A stretch of 62,726 bases of DNA, filler included, from Squatina squatina (lineage: Eukaryota), in the NCBI GenBank assembly GCA_031763465.1. It is 4 parts of 3 records of this genome, joined end to end, with 100 filler letters (N's around TTAATTAATTAA, not from the genome) between each part and the next. Parts side by side here need not be neighbours in the genome. Positions count along the whole stretch, not along the records: positions 41,578 to 62,726 come from JARFOE010000013.1; 3 more parts are not named here. One strand, given 5' to 3'. Each line of letters opens with the position of its first letter. Within the stretch, counting starts at the first letter, position 1. The notes beneath the pieces are model-generated. The model did no database searches, was not told where the DNA came from, and saw only the letters and a list, made by a program, of their open reading frames with translations. Below are positions 59,461 through 62,726 of this stretch, one piece after another. Position numbers and translations under genes: made by a program.

Positions 59461-61683
59461 GTAAGCGTGATTCTTTTTGCTTCACTTCAGTAAAATTTAC
59501 TTATTTTAGCAAACTGTTAATGTTGTGATTGCTGGCCTCACCAGCTGTAGATTGCAAATTGTTTCATCATTAAACTTCTGTATAGTTTTTATATTGTCCC
59601 GCCTGGTCTTCTGTATCACTAACTGTGAGCCCCATCTCCGTACACTCTTTTGGTGAAGAGGTACGTTACTGAGGAGAGACCCCCGGACTCTCTCAAATCC
59701 GGGATATTACAATCTGATGGGAGCTTGCTAAAAATGCTATCTGGAGAATGGTAATATTCTCAGGATGTCCCTTTCCCTCGGAAAGAGAGAGACCAGACCT
59801 TTAGGATTTGACTATTTCAAGCTTAGGTTGAGAGTGAACGCCTGAGAAGTACTCCTCATTCGTGATAGTCCCAAAGAGGCTAAGATTGTAATTTCACCAC
59901 AGGAACAGGCGGTAGGCCCCTTGCTTATGAAAGTACAGGGCCTAACACCTGCTTCAGGTGCCTGCTGCGACTTTTGGTTTGCCCTGAGGTGGCCAGTGCT
60001 GGCTGCCTCCGGGAAAACCAACTCTCAACATCACGTAAGTCATAAAAAGGTAAGTACTTGCCGTAATCACTGCCGCTCCTGATCTTGAGATCTCCAATCT
60101 CTGACATCCAGGCCCAGGCCCTGACGTCCGATTTCCCCCCCGACCTCTAGGCCCCCCTGACCCAACCCCAACAGCATTTCCCGAGGTCCGCGATCACCCT
60201 CCTGGAACACCGATCACGGCCTCCAAGGGCCACCCGATCCCCACCCCCTTCGACCCCAACGATCCGACCCAAACACTCACCTGTGGTCTGCTCCACGAGT
60301 GGCGGCCCAAACCTGGGACACTTACCTGTGTAGCCTCCTGCCATAGTGCCATCTACATTATGATGAGGTCTGAGGCTCCAATTTCAGTGCTCCTCCCTCA
60401 CCATTTGAGTGTTGATACCATGCCGAGGGAGTGGGGGGTGGCATTAAAAGTCTTAGTTATTTAAAAAAATGTTGCCTTATAATCCCTTCTGTGCTTCCTA
60501 CAAGATTAAAGTAATATGCTCTGAGCAAAATTCATGCAAATTCTAGTACCTTTAATAGTTAACAGGGAGTGAGATTGAATACAGAAGATTTACCGACAGA
60601 TATTAAAGAAGCAGACTTGTCCATCACACTGGAGGCTATTATTTATGAAGAGGATCAAAAACCCAAACGTTCTGAAAATATTGGCCTCGGATTTGTGGTC
60701 AGCTGCAAAGTGAAGGCGTTCGCTGCTGGTCCCCAAGNNNNNNNNNNNNNNNNNNNNNNNNNNNNNNNNNNNNNNNNNNNNNNNNNNNNNNNNNNNNNNN
60801 NNNNNNNNNNNNNNNNNNNNNNNNNNNNNNNNNNNNNCGCACGCACCACTCCCGAGGTTGTGGTCAGTTTCAAAGGCAGAATGACGACGAGCACTGCCAG
60901 TTCACCTTCATCCTGACCTCAAGTTCAGGGCCATTTAAAAAAAAAATGAGCATCATTCCTCCTTCACCAAGTATATCTGCAGCAGTACTCACTGTTACCA
61001 AAAAGCTTCTGCTCAATAAAATGACTGAATTCAGGTTTTTTTTCCCCCAGAACATTCCTCCTTACTTCAATTGTACAATTCCTTCTTTAAGTTAACTCTT
61101 CTCTGCTGTTCTTGTTTCTGTGTCTTTTCTCAGTTACTCATGACTACACGTAAATGAGAGGTTGAACAGCTCCCTACCACACAGAACTTAATGCAAAAAA
61201 ATTAACAATGCAGATTTTCAGTGCAGAGTTTCTTTTGCCACACCAGCAATGTGTTTGATTTATATAAACCTTGGAGCACACTTACAGAAGAGTTCTACTG
61301 TGAATGCATGAATTGCACCTTTGCACCTTTCCTCCTTTATATCGACTATATTTTGTTTTAAGAGTACTTCTGTTTCAAAAATAAACTATTTGTCAGGCCA
61401 TGTATTGCTCATTTACAAAAACAGAACGCAGTGAAGTAAATCACATCGAAGTGCATCAGGCATAATCTTCCTGTCAGTAAGTTCCCTCCCTGGTTTTGTC
61501 CAGGTGGAAAATTAAGTTTGCATTGCCATTTTAGTATTAGTATATTTATTTAATTTCTATGCTTTTTTTTCAGATTTTATTTTACATTCATTACAACTGT
61601 TAAAGTGTTTATTAATTTATGAAAGGTAGAAAAAATACATTTGTGCAGTTAACAAAAAGACATATATATATATATCTACACAG

Positions 61684-61796
61684 GTTCGAGCTCGTTTGAG
61701 TCTCAGAAGATGGAGCGTCCCTCTATTTCTGTCACTTCTCCCCTGAGCCCTGGCATGTTGCGAGATGCTCCACAATTCCTGCCTGGACAGCTTTCA
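61684..61796 (+). CDS. RIMS2: RIMS2 exon preceding the C2A domain
   Basis: Acceptor ctacacag, donor tca|gtatgt, phase 1/0. Encodes (S)SSSFESQKMERPSISVTSPLSPGMLRDAPQFLPGQLS. Confidence 0.92.
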
Positions 61797-62139
61797 GTAT
61801 GTAATCACCAATTATATATCATATACTTGTGTTTTCTTATATGTTTCTTATCTCAGATTAGTGACACAAATACGGAGGTCATAGCTATTAACCACTGTAT
61901 GCTGAATATCAAACATTTGTACATTCGGAAATCCTGCCTCTATGTTAAGTGGAATTGGTGAAATTTCAAAGCAAGGTGAAATTTCAGGGTCAGAAACAGT
62001 GTACCTCAAGTAACCATGGATGATTTCTTTTTTACAAAAATGCTTCTGATTTAGTTTGGAAATGTGTATATATAAAACCCTTAGAGTTCATTTGGTACCA
62101 TCAGTAACCATTAGCATCCTGGTGCATGGTAACTCTCGA

Positions 62140-62726
62140 GAAGCTGGGGGCCCAAGGAGTGGGGAGAGAGAGGCCCGGGGAGCTGGAAGCCCTGGGCCTG
62201 AGGAGTGGGGAGAGAGAGGCCCGGGGAGCTGGAGGTCCTGGGTCCGAGGAGTGGGGAGAGAGAGGCCCGGGGAGTTGGAGGCTGGGGTTTGGGATGCGGG
62301 GAGAGAAGCCCGGGGAGCTGGAGGCTGGGGTTTGGGATGTGGGGAGAGAGGCCCGGGGAGCTGGAGGCCGGGGTTTGGGATACAGGGAGTGGGAAATCAG
62401 GGGCCCGAGGAGTGGGGAGAGAGAGCCCCGGGGAGCTGGAGGCCGGGGTTTGGGGTACAGGGAGTGGGAAATCGGGGGCTCGAGGAGCGGAGAGAAAGGG
62501 GCCCGGGGAGCTGGAGGCCAGGGTTGAGTACAATAAGTGGGAAGAGAGAGGCCCGGGGAGCTGGAGGCCGGGGTTCAGGGTGCGGGGAGAGCGAGGCCCG
62601 GGGAGCAGGAGGCCGGGGGTCGGGGAGCGGGAGGGGAGAGAGACAAAGGCCCAGGGAGTGGAAGGCTGGGGGTCGGGGAGCAGGGGAGGGGAGAGACAAA
62701 GGCCCGGGGAGCAGGAGGGCGGGAGT
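62140..62726. repeat. G-rich minisatellite, core GAGAGAGGCCCGGGGAGCTGGAGGCCGGGG, ~40-70 bp period
   Basis: About ten variants of ggcccggggagctggagg recur up to the end of the window. Confidence 0.9.

Noticed and set aside
60569-60916. 115-aa ORF MRLNTEDLPTD...
   Set aside because: It spans a gap and lacks convincing splice sites, and the flanking RIMS2 exons (59460 to 61684) already join in phase.

Overview
This is vertebrate genomic DNA, most likely a cartilaginous fish. That is inferred from Deu-domain/SacSINE1-like SINEs, CR1/L2/Penelope debris, and the presence of admp and pinhead. It is not a contiguous locus. Short contigs are joined by 100-N gaps, and three artificial 44N-TTAATTAATTAA-44N linkers split it into four blocks. 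Block 1 (1-13942) has one KANK2-like ankyrin exon, two pinhead (pnhd) exons, two admp exons, a NIM1K-like kinase exon with two in-frame stops, and two NDUFA11 exons. Block 2 (14043-28152) has three exons of the acatalytic carbonic anhydrase CA8. Block 3 (28253-41477) is essentially non-coding, with one unidentified candidate exon. Block 4 (41578-62726) is RIMS2: the RIM2-beta first exon, an RE1/REST site, the large post-zinc-finger exon, two mutually exclusive exons and the PDZ exons. Most ORFs in the supplied track are artefacts of gaps or repeats; real exons were found from splice sites and phase. Best leads: the pnhd-admp tandem pair, the disabled NIM1K paralogue, a candidate extra RIMS2 first exon with an LxxIxE motif, two Penelope-type minimal hammerhead motifs, a ~1.5 kb fold-back element, and a possible antisense signal-peptide exon inside CA8. 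All gene names come from remembered protein similarity, not database searches. I see no convincing wholly new multi-gene system.
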